The position numbers and the translations under genes are program-made. A DNA stretch of 59,507 bases, filler included. It is 8 parts of 8 records of this genome, joined end to end, with 100 filler letters (N's around TTAATTAATTAA, not from the genome) between each part and the next. Parts side by side here need not be neighbours in the genome. Positions count along the whole stretch, not along the records: positions 30,363 to 43,506 come from SRR31147125_254418; positions 43,607 to 49,052 come from SRR31147125_256201; positions 49,153 to 54,252 come from SRR31147125_258600; 5 more parts are not named here. One strand, written 5' to 3'. Positions 42,533 to 53,163 of this stretch are shown here, one piece after another (position 1 is the stretch's first letter; each line of letters opens with the position of its first letter). The notes beneath the pieces are model-generated. The model was not told the origin of the DNA. It saw only the letters and a list, made by a program, of their open reading frames with translations, and ran no database searches.

Positions 42533-43392
42533 GGTTTCCCCATAAGTCCTTGCGGTCTGAACGACAGAAAGACCATCAGCGAGGCGAAGATGAGGAGATA
42601 GGTTATATCTCCATATTGAGACAATACGGCAAGACCGACAGCTTCAAGCGTTCCCAGGATGAATCCTCCGGCTATGGCCCCAGAAATGACACCGGCGCCG
42701 CCGATCATCACCATCATGAATGCCTTGATCGAGACGGGCCCGCCCATACCGAGATTTACCCCGGTAATTGCAACGAGCAGCCCGCCGACAAGACCGGCAA
42801 GCATTGCTCCAAGTGCAAAGCCGACTGTAGAATATCGGTCGACATCGACGCCCATGAGCTCCGCTGCAGTCCTGTCCTGTGCAAGTGCACGCAGTGCGCG
42901 TCCTGTTTTGCTGTAATGCATGAAGGCGATAAAGCCGGTGATAACGAGAATGGCCAGCACGCAAATCAGGATTCGATCATACGGCATGATGAGCCGGAAA
43001 TCCCAGTTGAACACACCGTCGATGATCTTCGGCACCCCTCGCTGTTTCTCTCCGAAAATGAGGAGGATCAGGGCATCCAGAAGGAAGGCGATCCCCGCAG
43101 CGAGAAGCATTGTACTCTCTTCCCGCACGGAGCGTTTAATAACCGTTCTGAAAAGGAAATATTCCAGCAGTGCGCCAACGATTGCAAGCGTCACTGCTGA
43201 GGCGGCCAGGGCAACGACAAACGGAAGCCCCATTTTGCCGTATATAGTATAGGTCACAAAGCCGCCCAGCACGTACATCTGGCCGTGGGCAAAGTTCAGA
43301 ACGTTCATCAAAGCGAAAATCAGTGTAAGACCCAGTGCGATCAACGCATACTGGGCACCCAGATAGAGTGCATTTGCTACTATCTGTTCCAT
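42523..43392 (-). CDS. livH: HAAT-family ABC permease (LivH-like)
   Basis: YALIALGLTLIF..VLNFAHG, GRALRALAQD, RPQGL. Confidence 0.9.
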   Translation of the reverse strand: MEQIVANALYLGAQYALIALGLTLIFALMNVLNFAHGQMYVLGGFVTYTIYGKMGLPFVVALAASAVTLAIVGALLEYFLFRTVIKRSVREESTMLLAAGIAFLLDALILLIFGEKQRGVPKIIDGVFNWDFRLIMPYDRILICVLAILVITGFIAFMHYSKTGRALRALAQDRTAAELMGVDVDRYSTVGFALGAMLAGLVGGLLVAITGVNLGMGGPVSIKAFMMVMIGGAGVISGAIAGGFILGTLEAVGLAVLSQYGDITYLLIFASLMVFLSFRPQGLMGKPWG

Positions 43393-43411
43393 AGGAACAC
43401 CTCTCGCTTGA

Positions 43412-43439
43412 CAGGTTTCGGGCCGCAGCCCGAAACCTG
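43412..43439 (-). terminator. stem-loop between the binding-protein and permease genes
   Basis: CAGGTTTCGGGC-CGCA-GCCCGAAACCTG, perfect 12-bp stem. Confidence 0.65.
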
Positions 43440-43469
43440 ACCGTAGACGTTTTCAGACAGTTTTATGAA

Positions 43470-43506
43470 TCAGTCAACTTCGGCGATGAACAGCGTTTCG
43501 AATTTG
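43470..43506 (-). CDS. probable C-terminus of the ABC substrate-binding protein
   Basis: KFETLFIAEVD*; assigned from position only. Confidence 0.45.
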
Positions 43507-43606
43507 NNNNNNNNNNNNNNNNNNNNNNNNNNNNNNNNNNNNNNNNNNNNTTAATTAATTAANNNNNNNNNNNNNNNNNNNNNNNNNNNNNNNNNNNNNN
43601 NNNNNN
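43507..43606. other. artificial contig spacer
   Basis: N44-TTAATTAATTAA-N44. Confidence 0.98.
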
Positions 43607-44201
43607 GGAAAGCCACGTGGATATGCATTTGTTGAGTTTGAACACGAACGTGACATGAAAGGTGTGTGCGATGGGAAGTCTTCTCCGGTCGGGCTGGCTC
43701 ATGAAGAGGTATCCAGCTGCATACAAGAATGCTGATGGACGGAAGATCGATGGGCGGCGTGTCCTCGTGGATGTGGAAAGAGGGAGAACCGTGAAAGGGT
43801 GGCGTCCGCGATGGCTGGGCGGTGGACTTGGAAGCACACGCCTCGGAAAGAAGCCTGAGGCCAAGTCCTTTGCGGTGGGATACTTTGATCGCAACCGAGG
43901 CGATGATCGGCGGCATGATGCGGGTCCACGCTCCAATTACTCGTCATCCCGGCCAGACGACTCACGTCATGGACGAAAGGATGATCGGGGGGACCGCGGT
44001 CGTCGGGTATGTGGGGAGCAGTGGTTGGATAGAGACGATTCACACACACACAAATAGGACTCTCGCCACGAACCCTATCGACGAGATCGAGACCGAGACT
44101 ACGATCGGGATCGAGGCCGGGATCGAGATCGAGACTACGACCGCGATCGGGGCCGGGATCGAGATCGAGATCGGGATCGAGATCGGAGCCGACGATACTG
44201 A
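43607..44201 (+). CDS. SNRNP70: U1 snRNP 70K protein, 3' part (introns 43662-43716 and 44007-44057)
   Basis: [57 protein letters not shown] plus RD-dipeptide tail. Confidence 0.93.
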
Positions 44202-44219
44202 TGTGGTACAACAGAGTAT

Positions 44220-45668
44220 TCATGGGGTAGTTGGGGGTTGGTTAGAGACGAATACAGGAGTATACGGTTCCATGGGAAGCTGTGTAGCCGACGGTGGACT
44301 GAGAGGGGGTGCAAGCCGTCGCATCGCCTCACGAATATGCACAGGATGAATAGGAGACCTCTCAAAGCGAACTTCTCCCCCAGGAGGTTCGTCGGCCTGG
44401 TTGGAAGAGGGGTGAGAACCATCCTCTCCGGAGAGAAACACACCTTGTTACTATTCGGCGATAGCCCGTCTCTGGCCGGAGTGATGATGGTCATGGGAAC
44501 GGGGTTATTGCGACCTTCCATTTCGTGTTTCACTTGGAGGGCGGTGAGGGTAACCAGACCCAGAGTCTCCCACGCCAGGAACCCTAGAACGTCGATCACT
44601 TCATCCGTCACCTTGAATTCAACGTGAGAAGTGAAATTACACCACTACAAACAAGAGAGTGTGAGTAACGTAGAAAGAAGGGAACGGATCGGAGACAAAC
44701 ATCGCGGAACTTCTTGCCTTTCTTGTATGTGAAGGATGCTTGTCGGCACTCACTCCAATCCATGTACTGCTCGTGTGACATAGCCTGTGTCAATTTATCG
44801 GCAGCTCGAAGATGATACTTTGAGGAGTCATCGCCATCGGGGGATGCAGTGTCGTTCTCTTCCTCTTCCCCTTCCAGAAGCCCACGAATCAGAGTATCAT
44901 CATCAAGTACTTTGCATGGTGAACGTGAATTCAAAGAACCACGTGTTCTTGTACGCGAACGCACTGTTCAGAGAGACGCGGCTCTTTGCGAGTGGTCTCC
45001 GTGTCGAGTCAGGGGCGCCGCCTGAGGTGGAACGTGAACCTTGCGTCCCCTGGGGGTACCATCCCATCCCATTTCATCTTACCCTCATCTTCTATCACCT
45101 CCGTGTCCTCTGCTTGACGATCGGTGGCGTTATGAAGCTTCTTACGCACATCCTAGAATTCCATGTATCAACACCCCGCCCTCGTGGCCAGCCCACATGT
45201 CCCTTGCCTTCCAATTAAGAAACTCTTGTAAACGTCGGAGTCGGGTTCGGTCTTTGCGCAAGAGAAACACCAGATCCTCCAAAGCCAACTTCCCACCTCG
45301 TCTATAGGCCCCTCGAGCGGCTTCTCGCACCTAGAATGGCTTAGTATGTGTTCTATTCTTCTTTGTCTTCCCAGAGGAGCCCTACCACATCGATGGTGTG
45401 TTGTCGGATGATGTCTTCCATTAGCTCACTGGACTCCACATTGGTGTTCCGTGCATCCCCAAACGTAAACATCATCTTCTGGATCTCAGACTGATACACA
45501 CGCTTTCTTTTCAAAGATAAAGCGAGGGTGCTTTCCTATGTGGAAGGAAGGGTGTGTAGTGTGTTCACATCGCAAGGCATCTCCACCAACCACCACCACC
45601 ACCACCACCGTCGTCCCCCTCCCTACCTCTCTCTCGCGGTCCGTGCCGTAGAGGACAGCTGCCTCCAT
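44220..45668 (-). CDS. SPT3: SAGA subunit Spt3/SUPT3H, multi-exon
   Basis: [91 protein letters not shown]. Confidence 0.9.
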
Positions 45669-45784
45669 ACCTCTCCCCACAGAAGACAATGGCACTTCCC
45701 TCCCCCACCTCCGTTGCCCCGTCTTGTGTGGATTGGGGGAATCCACTCCTGTCCGTTGTGGGTGTGGGGTCGTAGAGAACCGCC

Positions 45785-48700
45785 ATGCGCGGGTGGTTTC
45801 GAAGCAAAGAGCACTCGGTGGGCCAGAAGGTGTTTGATGCGTGTCGTACGGGGGACCACGACCGCCTTCAGGCCCTTTTAAAGCAGGTTTGTATACTAAA
45901 GAGACATGGAGGGGTGGGACGTTGAGAGGAGGTCTGAGTCGACGGGACGCAGGGAGGGGTCGGCACCCACATGGAGGACGGATGCGCCCACACACCCCTC
46001 CACTATGCCGCCATCCATGGCCATGATGGGTGTGTTCGAGCTCTTCTCCATCATGGATTCGGCGTAGAGCCGCAGCTTCCTGACGGACAGTCCGCATTAC
46101 ACCTTGCGGCCGTGCGGGGACACGCAACGGTGTGTGAAGAGGAGAGAGGGCGTCTACCGGGTCGAATTGCTTAGGGGATTGCGGTTGTAGGTAACTACGA
46201 CACTGATTGACAAGGGTGCAGACGTGAACAAACGAACTCTGGCCGGCAACACTCCACTCCACTTGGCCTCTCGTAATGGGCACGCAGACGTTGCTACAAT
46301 TCTCCTTCAGCGGGGAGCGCATGTGGCGGATTGCAATGGGGTCCGTGTGGTCGAAGAGTTTGTCTGCAGTGACGGCACTCTCTGAGGGTTGGAATCCGGT
46401 CGGAATTCAGGATCTCAATACCCCACTCCACCTGGCCTGTTCCTCTGGGCATCGTGAGGTGGTTTTCCTCCTTATGACCAAGGGAGCTCCACTTGTGGCA
46501 AAGAATATTGCAGGGAATTGTGCGTTGGTGCATTCCTTGCGTTGATAGAGGGAGCACGCCACTGAACTTGTCTGGGATAGATCCGATTCACTTGCTTTGC
46601 ATCAATGGAGGAGTGGAGATAGTCGAGTTGATGTTGAATTCTGTGGTGGAGCGACCATCACAAGCCAAGGTGCACCTGTGGAGAACGGGTGGACAGGGAG
46701 GAAACCTCTCTGACATGTGTGGCGCATCAGGCGGATCCTAAACGCCCAACCCTGCACGATCTCTTGAATACTCCAAACGTTGACGGTCACACACCCTTGC
46801 ATCTTGCGGCCAAATTCGGTCGTGCGGCTGTTGTACGACTCCTCTTGTTCAAGGGTGCAGAAAACATTGAAAACAAATATGGACAGCTTCCCGTGCGTGA
46901 ACTCCTTTCCTTCTTGCAGATGACATGCTCTCTGTCTCTCTCTAGATGTCATTGTCACGGGATACAGAGTGTCTTGAAATCCTGGGCACAGACATGGAAC
47001 GCCTAGGGTTAGGAGAACAGGCTCACGTGCTTCAAGAGCGAGTCCGATCCTCTGTTGGTGTTCATCCTCTTCTGGAGGCTGTCCAACATGGATTATCCAA
47101 AGATGTGGCACGCATGCTCGATTGTGGTGCGTGTACCGGTTTGCGTGTTCCCTTCCCCTTCTATTTCATCCCACTCTTCCTCTCGCTGCAAACAGGACAT
47201 CCACCAGACATTGTCGACGAAGACAGGTGGACACCGCTTCACTGGGCAGCTTCCAAGGGCTATATTCAGGAAGCTTCTTTGTTGATTAATGCCGGTGCCC
47301 GTCTGGACGCCCTGACGCGTACAGGCAAGGTTTGCAAGGAAGGCCCCCGCCCCTTTGCACAAGGCCGGCCACTCACTGGAACACACAGACACCCATTCAA
47401 GTGGCACAAGATGCTCACCAGATCATGGCGGTGGAGTACTTGGAGGAAGTGGGCGCCTCTTTGCGTGTTCAGGAGTCCTACAGCCGCAAAGGATTCGAGA
47501 CAGAGACGCCCGAGCGTCTAGAGGATCAAAATCCCGCAGAACTTCAGGTTGCGGATTGTGTGCACTGAGGAATGTTTAGGTGTACTAAGTGTTTCCGCGT
47601 ACTAGGTGCTTCTGATCGAGGCGGCAAAACGAGGAGACACGGCACAGATGGGGGACCTTATAGAGAGTGGTGCCGATGTCGGAATACGGGGGGAGGATGG
47701 ATGGACACCACTCCATCATGCCGCCTTCACGGGTCATCTAGGTGCTCTGTCGCTCATGGTGGAGATGGGCGGATCCCTGGATCAACGTACGGAGAAGGGA
47801 GAAACGGTTGTGGACGTTGCGCAACGAGCTGGCCACACCGATATTGTGGGGGCTGTAGCCGAGATGCGAGCTGCCATCGACGTCCAACGGTCGATTGGGA
47901 AGACATGGTTCAATTTCAAGGAAGAAGTAGTGGAGGATGGGAAAGCAGAGACCAAGGGAAAAGGACTACGACACAGAGTTGCCCGCGTCCTCCGTACTGC
48001 ATCGAAGGATGTGAAACAGGTGCCCGGAACGTGCATATATTCCCTTCTCCCTCACCGATACACCTCGATATCAGCTCGAGGATGCTGTGCGGCGAGACGA
48101 CACCATGAAACTGGGAGCTCTTCTTGAGGCAGGGAATATCGATGTGAACGGTGAGGATAGCAGTGGATGGACGGTGCTGCATCATGCGGCCGCTATGGGC
48201 AATGTGGAAGCGATTTCCATGCTCGTAGACACGGGATTTCGTATTGAGGTGCGTGAGCAAGTGCGTGAGGGAGGGTGCGAGAACACCTCATCTCTTCTGT
48301 TTCAGGCACGAACGGTCGATGGATATACTCCAGTTGATCTTGCCATGAAAGAAGAACACACAGATGCCGTTTATCTACTGGAGGAGATGCACGCTGCATT
48401 GCAGGTGTGTATTCGGTGTTCCATCCATCTATTCATCCATCCATCGGTGTCGTAGGTTCAAGGGACCTACGCTCGCCAACGCTTTGCGGGCGACACCAGT
48501 TGGACCACCAAGACGCTGAAACAAAAGAAAAGAAAAGAAAAGAAGGAAGATATGGCGACCACAGCCGACACAATGTTACTCGACGCCTCCCGAACAGGCG
48601 ATGCAGCTAAGGTCTCAAAGCTTCTTGCAAGTGGATACGAGGAAGGGACGCGCCTCAATGGTCGTGATACCAACGGATGGACTGCTCTTCATCATGCGGC

Positions 48701-49052
48701 GTATGGCGGCCACGTATCTGTGATCACGTTGTTGGTGAATGCTGGGGCGGCCACAGATTGTCGCAATGCGCATGGCTTAACTCCATTGGTGTGTTCCTGT
48801 TTCTCGATGATGATCCTGCGCTGGTTCATGCTGTGTGTAGGATGTTGCCGTGGAGAGAGGAAATGACGAGGCTGTGGAAACACTGGAAGAGCTGACGGCC
48901 GCCCTCCTTGTCCAGTTGTGCACGGGAACTCAGGTTCGTTGGAATGAATGGTGTATTGGGCGTCTCTGTGTACGACCTTGCCCTCTGCAGCGCTACCTGT
49001 TTGGAGGTGGGGGGTTTATTGGTGCCAGTAGCGATGAGGAGGAGGGGGAAGG
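45785..49052 (+). CDS. large multi-exon ankyrin-repeat protein (3' truncated)
   Basis: About ten TPLH/TALH ankyrin motifs split by short GT-AG introns; start codon inferred. Confidence 0.85.
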
Positions 49053-49152
49053 NNNNNNNNNNNNNNNNNNNNNNNNNNNNNNNNNNNNNNNNNNNNTTAA
49101 TTAATTAANNNNNNNNNNNNNNNNNNNNNNNNNNNNNNNNNNNNNNNNNNNN
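49053..49152. other. artificial contig spacer
   Basis: N44-TTAATTAATTAA-N44. Confidence 0.98.
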
Positions 49153-49189
49153 GTAAGTTATTTCGGACTCATTCCTAAAGGAGAGTGAT

Positions 49190-49747
49190 ATGCAGGAAAT
49201 CCGATTCCATGGACGAGGCGGACAGGGGTCCGTCATTGGTTCCGAAGTGCTGGCCCACGCGTTTTTCAACGAAGGAAAGTATGTTCAAGCCTTTCCCGCA
49301 TTTGGTGTGGAAAGGCGGGGGGCACCGGTCACGGCCTTTTGTCGAATCGACGACAACCCCATCAACTTGCGAAATCAGATTTACCATCCGGATCAGATTG
49401 TGCTGCTGGACGCCTCCATGATCGAGAGTGTCAATGTTGCAGAAGGGTTAAAAAAAGGGGGAATGATCTTGATCAACAGTGCTCTGCCACCGGAGTATTA
49501 TCAGGGCAAATTCGGACTCGATTACCATGTTTTTGTGGTGGATGCCACCGCCATTGCCGTCTCTCACCGTCTGGGATCGGCATCCCATCCCATTGTCAAC
49601 ACCGCCATTTTGGGAGCCTTTGCCAAGGCATCTCAATCCGTTGGAATCGAGGCGGTGGAGCAGGCCATCGATGTGCATGTGCCGGTGAAAAAAGAAGCCA
49701 ATCAAAAGGCGGCCAGATCAGCGTATGATCAAGTGGCCATGGGATAA
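49190..49747 (+). CDS. porC: 2-oxoacid:acceptor oxidoreductase gamma subunit
   Basis: EIRFHGRGGQG, FGVERRGAPV, PIVNTAILGA. Confidence 0.93.
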   Translation: MQEIRFHGRGGQGSVIGSEVLAHAFFNEGKYVQAFPAFGVERRGAPVTAFCRIDDNPINLRNQIYHPDQIVLLDASMIESVNVAEGLKKGGMILINSALPPEYYQGKFGLDYHVFVVDATAIAVSHRLGSASHPIVNTAILGAFAKASQSVGIEAVEQAIDVHVPVKKEANQKAARSAYDQVAMG

Positions 49748-49770
49748 CAAAAACGAATAAGGAGCCGTTC

Positions 49771-52002
49771 ATGGAGAATATCAAACGGAGCGATTCGGCG
49801 AAAACCTTTCCTTTCAATTCATGGCGGGACATCACGCCGCTTCAGGCCTCCCTTGGAACGATGCTGCACAATAAAACCGGAAGCTGGCGTTTTATCAAAC
49901 CGATTTATGAAGACAAGGTGCCCATCTGCCAGAACAGATGCCCGGCAGGGAACGATATTGAAGGGTGGATCAGGCTGATCAATCAAAATGAGTATGAAAA
50001 AGCCTATTGGCACCTGAAAAGGGAACAACCGTTTCCATCCATTCTTGGACGGGTCTGTTTCACCTTCTGCAAAAGCGCCTGCAATCGCTCGGAATTGGAT
50101 CAGAGTATCAATATCAATGCGTTGGAGCGATTTTTGAGTGATCAGGTTTCCGCCTCAACCCCGAATCCGGAGATTCCTTTGGACAACGGCAAAAAAGTGA
50201 CCATCATCGGTTCCGGTCCTGCCGGGATGTCTGCCGCTTATTTTGCCCGGCTGTTGGGATTTAAAGTTACCATTTTAGAAAAATCGGGTGTTCTTGGGGG
50301 GCTGCTGCGTGAAGGGATTCCCGCCTATCGGCTGCCCAAAAATCGGGTGGAGGAGGAGTTCAAAGGGCTGGCCAATATGGGAATTGAGCTTAAAACCGGA
50401 ATTGCGGTGGGAAAGGATATCCCATTGGATGATCTTCTTTCATCCACGGACTTCCTGTTTCTGGCTACGGGCGCTCACCTGAGCATTGACCTCGATCTTC
50501 CGGGGGCGGGGGGCCATCCCAAAGTCATGAATGCGCTCAATTTTCTTGAACATATCTCCCGTCAGTCATCTGGATCGGATGCCCTCCATAACAGGCACGG
50601 GGATCCCCATATCGATGATCGCACCGATGGTCGCATCGATCATCCCGGTGCTCCATCGATGTCACAGGGAGAAAACGTGGTGGTCATCGGCGGAGGAAAC
50701 ACGGCCCTGGATGCGGCCCGGTCCGCCGTCCGCCTGGGGTGCAATGTCACGGTGGTTTATCGCCGATCGGAAAAAGAGATGCCGGCCCATGCCGAGGAAG
50801 TGGCAAAAGCCAAGGAAGAGGGCGTGACTTTTTCTTTTCTTGCGGCACCGGAACGGGTGGTGCTCCGTGGCGGGAACGGGCACAGGACTGAAAGCATCGT
50901 CAAAGAAAACGATTGGGATGCAGATGTAGATGTACTAGGTGTTGATGTCGGTGCCAATGCAGAAAAGCGGGAGGATCAAACCCAACTTCCGGCCATCCCG
51001 ATCGATCATTTGCTCTGCTCACAGATGATTCTCGGGGATCCCGACGAAAGCGGCAGACGACGTCCCGTCAAAAAAGAGGGAGAGACCTTTACCATACCGG
51101 CAGATACCATTCTGATCGCCATCGGAGAAAAGCCGGACATGAGATATCTGGGGGGAAAGATCAATTGCGAACAAAATGCCGTTGATGTGGATGACACTCT
51201 GAGAGTGACTGAAATCAAAGAGGGCAGGGCAGTGGTCTTTGCCGGGGGAGATATGGTGGATGGCCCACGGACCGTGGTTCATGCCGTTGCTTACGGCAAA
51301 CGGGCCGCCATTGCCATGGATTGTTATCAAAGGGATGTAAATCCCTCCGAGATGATGAAGCAAATCACCATTGGCCAGGGTCCGGGAATCAGTTTTACCC
51401 GCTATCGGGATCTGTTACCCATCGGAACGTTTGCAACATCAACACCCTTCTCCACCTCATCTTCTTACAATCTAAAAAAGGTGGTGGACTCCGGTTTAAT
51501 CGTTTACGACTATTTTAATAAAGCCGCCGGTATGGACGCTTTGCCCCTACCGCCGGCTGTTCGTTCCAAATCGTTTGCGCCATATCAGGAAACGTTTAGT
51601 GAAGAAGAGGCCGCGGCCGAAGCGGCCCGGTGCATGCATTGCGGACGTTGCACCGCGTGCGACAACTGCCTGGTGTTTTGCCCGGATGTTTCGGTGCTGG
51701 TGAAATCCAAAGAGCATTCTCGGTCATCTCAAGGGTCTGTGACTCATCAATCCAAGATGAAAGCACATATGGGAGCAAATAGTCGCGCTGTGGAACCCTT
51801 GGAAAAACAATCCTCCAGCGAATGCGCATATGAAATTGACTACGACTATTGCAAAGGGTGCGGTATCTGCGCCACCGAGTGTCCCAGACATGCCATCACC
51901 ATGGAGAATGAATCCATTGCCGACCATACGGTTACGGTTCAACATTCAGAACAAACAACAGGCAACCCCGCAGAACGGAACAGTGAAGGGAGGTGCAATT
52001 GA
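49771..52002 (+). CDS. PorD (delta)/GltD-like FAD-NAD(P) oxidoreductase fusion
   Basis: N-terminal KTGSWRFIKP (PorD); CQNRCP..GRVC Fe-S; GSGPAG and GGGNTALD; C-terminal 2x[4Fe-4S] with IDYDYCKGCGICATECP. Confidence 0.88.
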   Translation: MENIKRSDSAKTFPFNSWRDITPLQASLGTMLHNKTGSWRFIKPIYEDKVPICQNRCPAGNDIEGWIRLINQNEYEKAYWHLKREQPFPSILGRVCFTFCKSACNRSELDQSININALERFLSDQVSASTPNPEIPLDNGKKVTIIGSGPAGMSAAYFARLLGFKVTILEKSGVLGGLLREGIPAYRLPKNRVEEEFKGLANMGIELKTGIAVGKDIPLDDLLSSTDFLFLATGAHLSIDLDLPGAGGHPKVMNALNFLEHISRQSSGSDALHNRHGDPHIDDRTDGRIDHPGAPSMSQGENVVVIGGGNTALDAARSAVRLGCNVTVVYRRSEKEMPAHAEEVAKAKEEGVTFSFLAAPERVVLRGGNGHRTESIVKENDWDADVDVLGVDVGANAEKREDQTQLPAIPIDHLLCSQMILGDPDESGRRRPVKKEGETFTIPADTILIAIGEKPDMRYLGGKINCEQNAVDVDDTLRVTEIKEGRAVVFAGGDMVDGPRTVVHAVAYGKRAAIAMDCYQRDVNPSEMMKQITIGQGPGISFTRYRDLLPIGTFATSTPFSTSSSYNLKKVVDSGLIVYDYFNKAAGMDALPLPPAVRSKSFAPYQETFSEEEAAAEAARCMHCGRCTACDNCLVFCPDVSVLVKSKEHSRSSQGSVTHQSKMKAHMGANSRAVEPLEKQSSSECAYEIDYDYCKGCGICATECPRHAITMENESIADHTVTVQHSEQTTGNPAERNSEGRCN

Positions 52003-53153
52003 AACAGGCAATCAAAGGCAATCACGCCGTATCCCATGCGGTGAAATTGAGCCGGGTGGGGATCATCTCGGCATTTCCCATCACCCCCCAGACCACCATT
52101 GTGGAAGCGCTTTCGGAAATGTGCGCGCAAGGGGAATTGGATGCCCGGTTCATCAAGGTGGAGAGCGAGCATTCGGCCATGGCCGCCCTCATCGGCGCCT
52201 CCACCACCGGCGTCAGATCCTTTACCGCCACCAGCGGCAACGGACTTCTTTTGATGCACGAAGTGCTGCACTGGACCGCCGGGGCCCGTCTTCCCATTGT
52301 GATGGCAAACGTCAATCGGGCCGTGGGCGGCGTCTGGAACATCTGGGCCGAACAGACCGATTCCCTTTCCCAAAGGGATACGGGATGGCTTCAGATCTAT
52401 TGCGAATCCAACCAGGAAGTGCTGGACAGCATAATTATGGCATTCAAACTGGCCGAGACGCTCTCTCTGCCGGTGATGATCGCCTACGATGCATTTTTCC
52501 TCAGTCATACCACCGAGATTGTGGATATTCCCGAGGAAGAGGCCGTGGATCGATTCTTGCCGTCATATCGACCGGAAGTGTGTGTCGATTTTGACAATCC
52601 CCGCATGTTCGGCGGATTCTTTTCCACAGACTATTACTATGAGCAGCGCTACAGCATGCAGCATGCCGCAGTCAGGGCCCTGGACCTTTTCCCCGATATC
52701 CTGGATGAGTTCAATGCGCAGTTTGGTCGCCCCTATGATCTCGTGGAGACCTACCGGACGGAGGATGCCGATCTCATTGTGGTGACGGCGGGAACCATTA
52801 CATCGGTCAGTCGAATTGCCGTCGATGAAATGAGACAGATGGGCAAAACGGTGGGATTGATGAAAATTCGCCTGTTTCGTCCGGTTCCCAAAGCCAGATG
52901 GCAAAAAGAGCTGGGACATGTGGAGAAGGTGATGGTCATCGATCGAAATATGTCCGTGGGACATGGCGGGATCTTCTGTAATGAGATGAAATCCGCCCTG
53001 TACGGTACATCCAATCCGCCCCATATTCATTCGGTCATTGCCGGCTTAGGCGGAAGGGATGTCACCCCCGAAGATGTCAAGGAAATGATCGATCATGTGA
53101 TGGAACAGGAACACCCATCGGAATCTCCTCTGTACTGGGGATTGAAAGAGTAG
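51999..53153 (+). CDS. porA: 2-oxoacid:acceptor oxidoreductase alpha subunit
   Basis: AFPITPQT, VESEHSAM, IRLFRP, GLGGRD; TTG start overlapping the upstream TGA. Confidence 0.93.
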   Translation: MKQAIKGNHAVSHAVKLSRVGIISAFPITPQTTIVEALSEMCAQGELDARFIKVESEHSAMAALIGASTTGVRSFTATSGNGLLLMHEVLHWTAGARLPIVMANVNRAVGGVWNIWAEQTDSLSQRDTGWLQIYCESNQEVLDSIIMAFKLAETLSLPVMIAYDAFFLSHTTEIVDIPEEEAVDRFLPSYRPEVCVDFDNPRMFGGFFSTDYYYEQRYSMQHAAVRALDLFPDILDEFNAQFGRPYDLVETYRTEDADLIVVTAGTITSVSRIAVDEMRQMGKTVGLMKIRLFRPVPKARWQKELGHVEKVMVIDRNMSVGHGGIFCNEMKSALYGTSNPPHIHSVIAGLGGRDVTPEDVKEMIDHVMEQEHPSESPLYWGLKE

Positions 53154-53163
53154 AGGAACCCGT

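Noticed and set aside
44078-44195. GATCGAGATCGG tandem repeats as a CRISPR array or satellite
   Set aside because: They encode the RD-dipeptide tail of U1-70K; no spacers or cas genes. No CRISPR array, tRNA or rRNA was recognised anywhere in the window.
48519-48551. Frameshift in the (AAAAG)n run, or a new gene starting at 48552
   Set aside because: Recounting shows the frame is continuous (KQKKRKEKKEDMATT).
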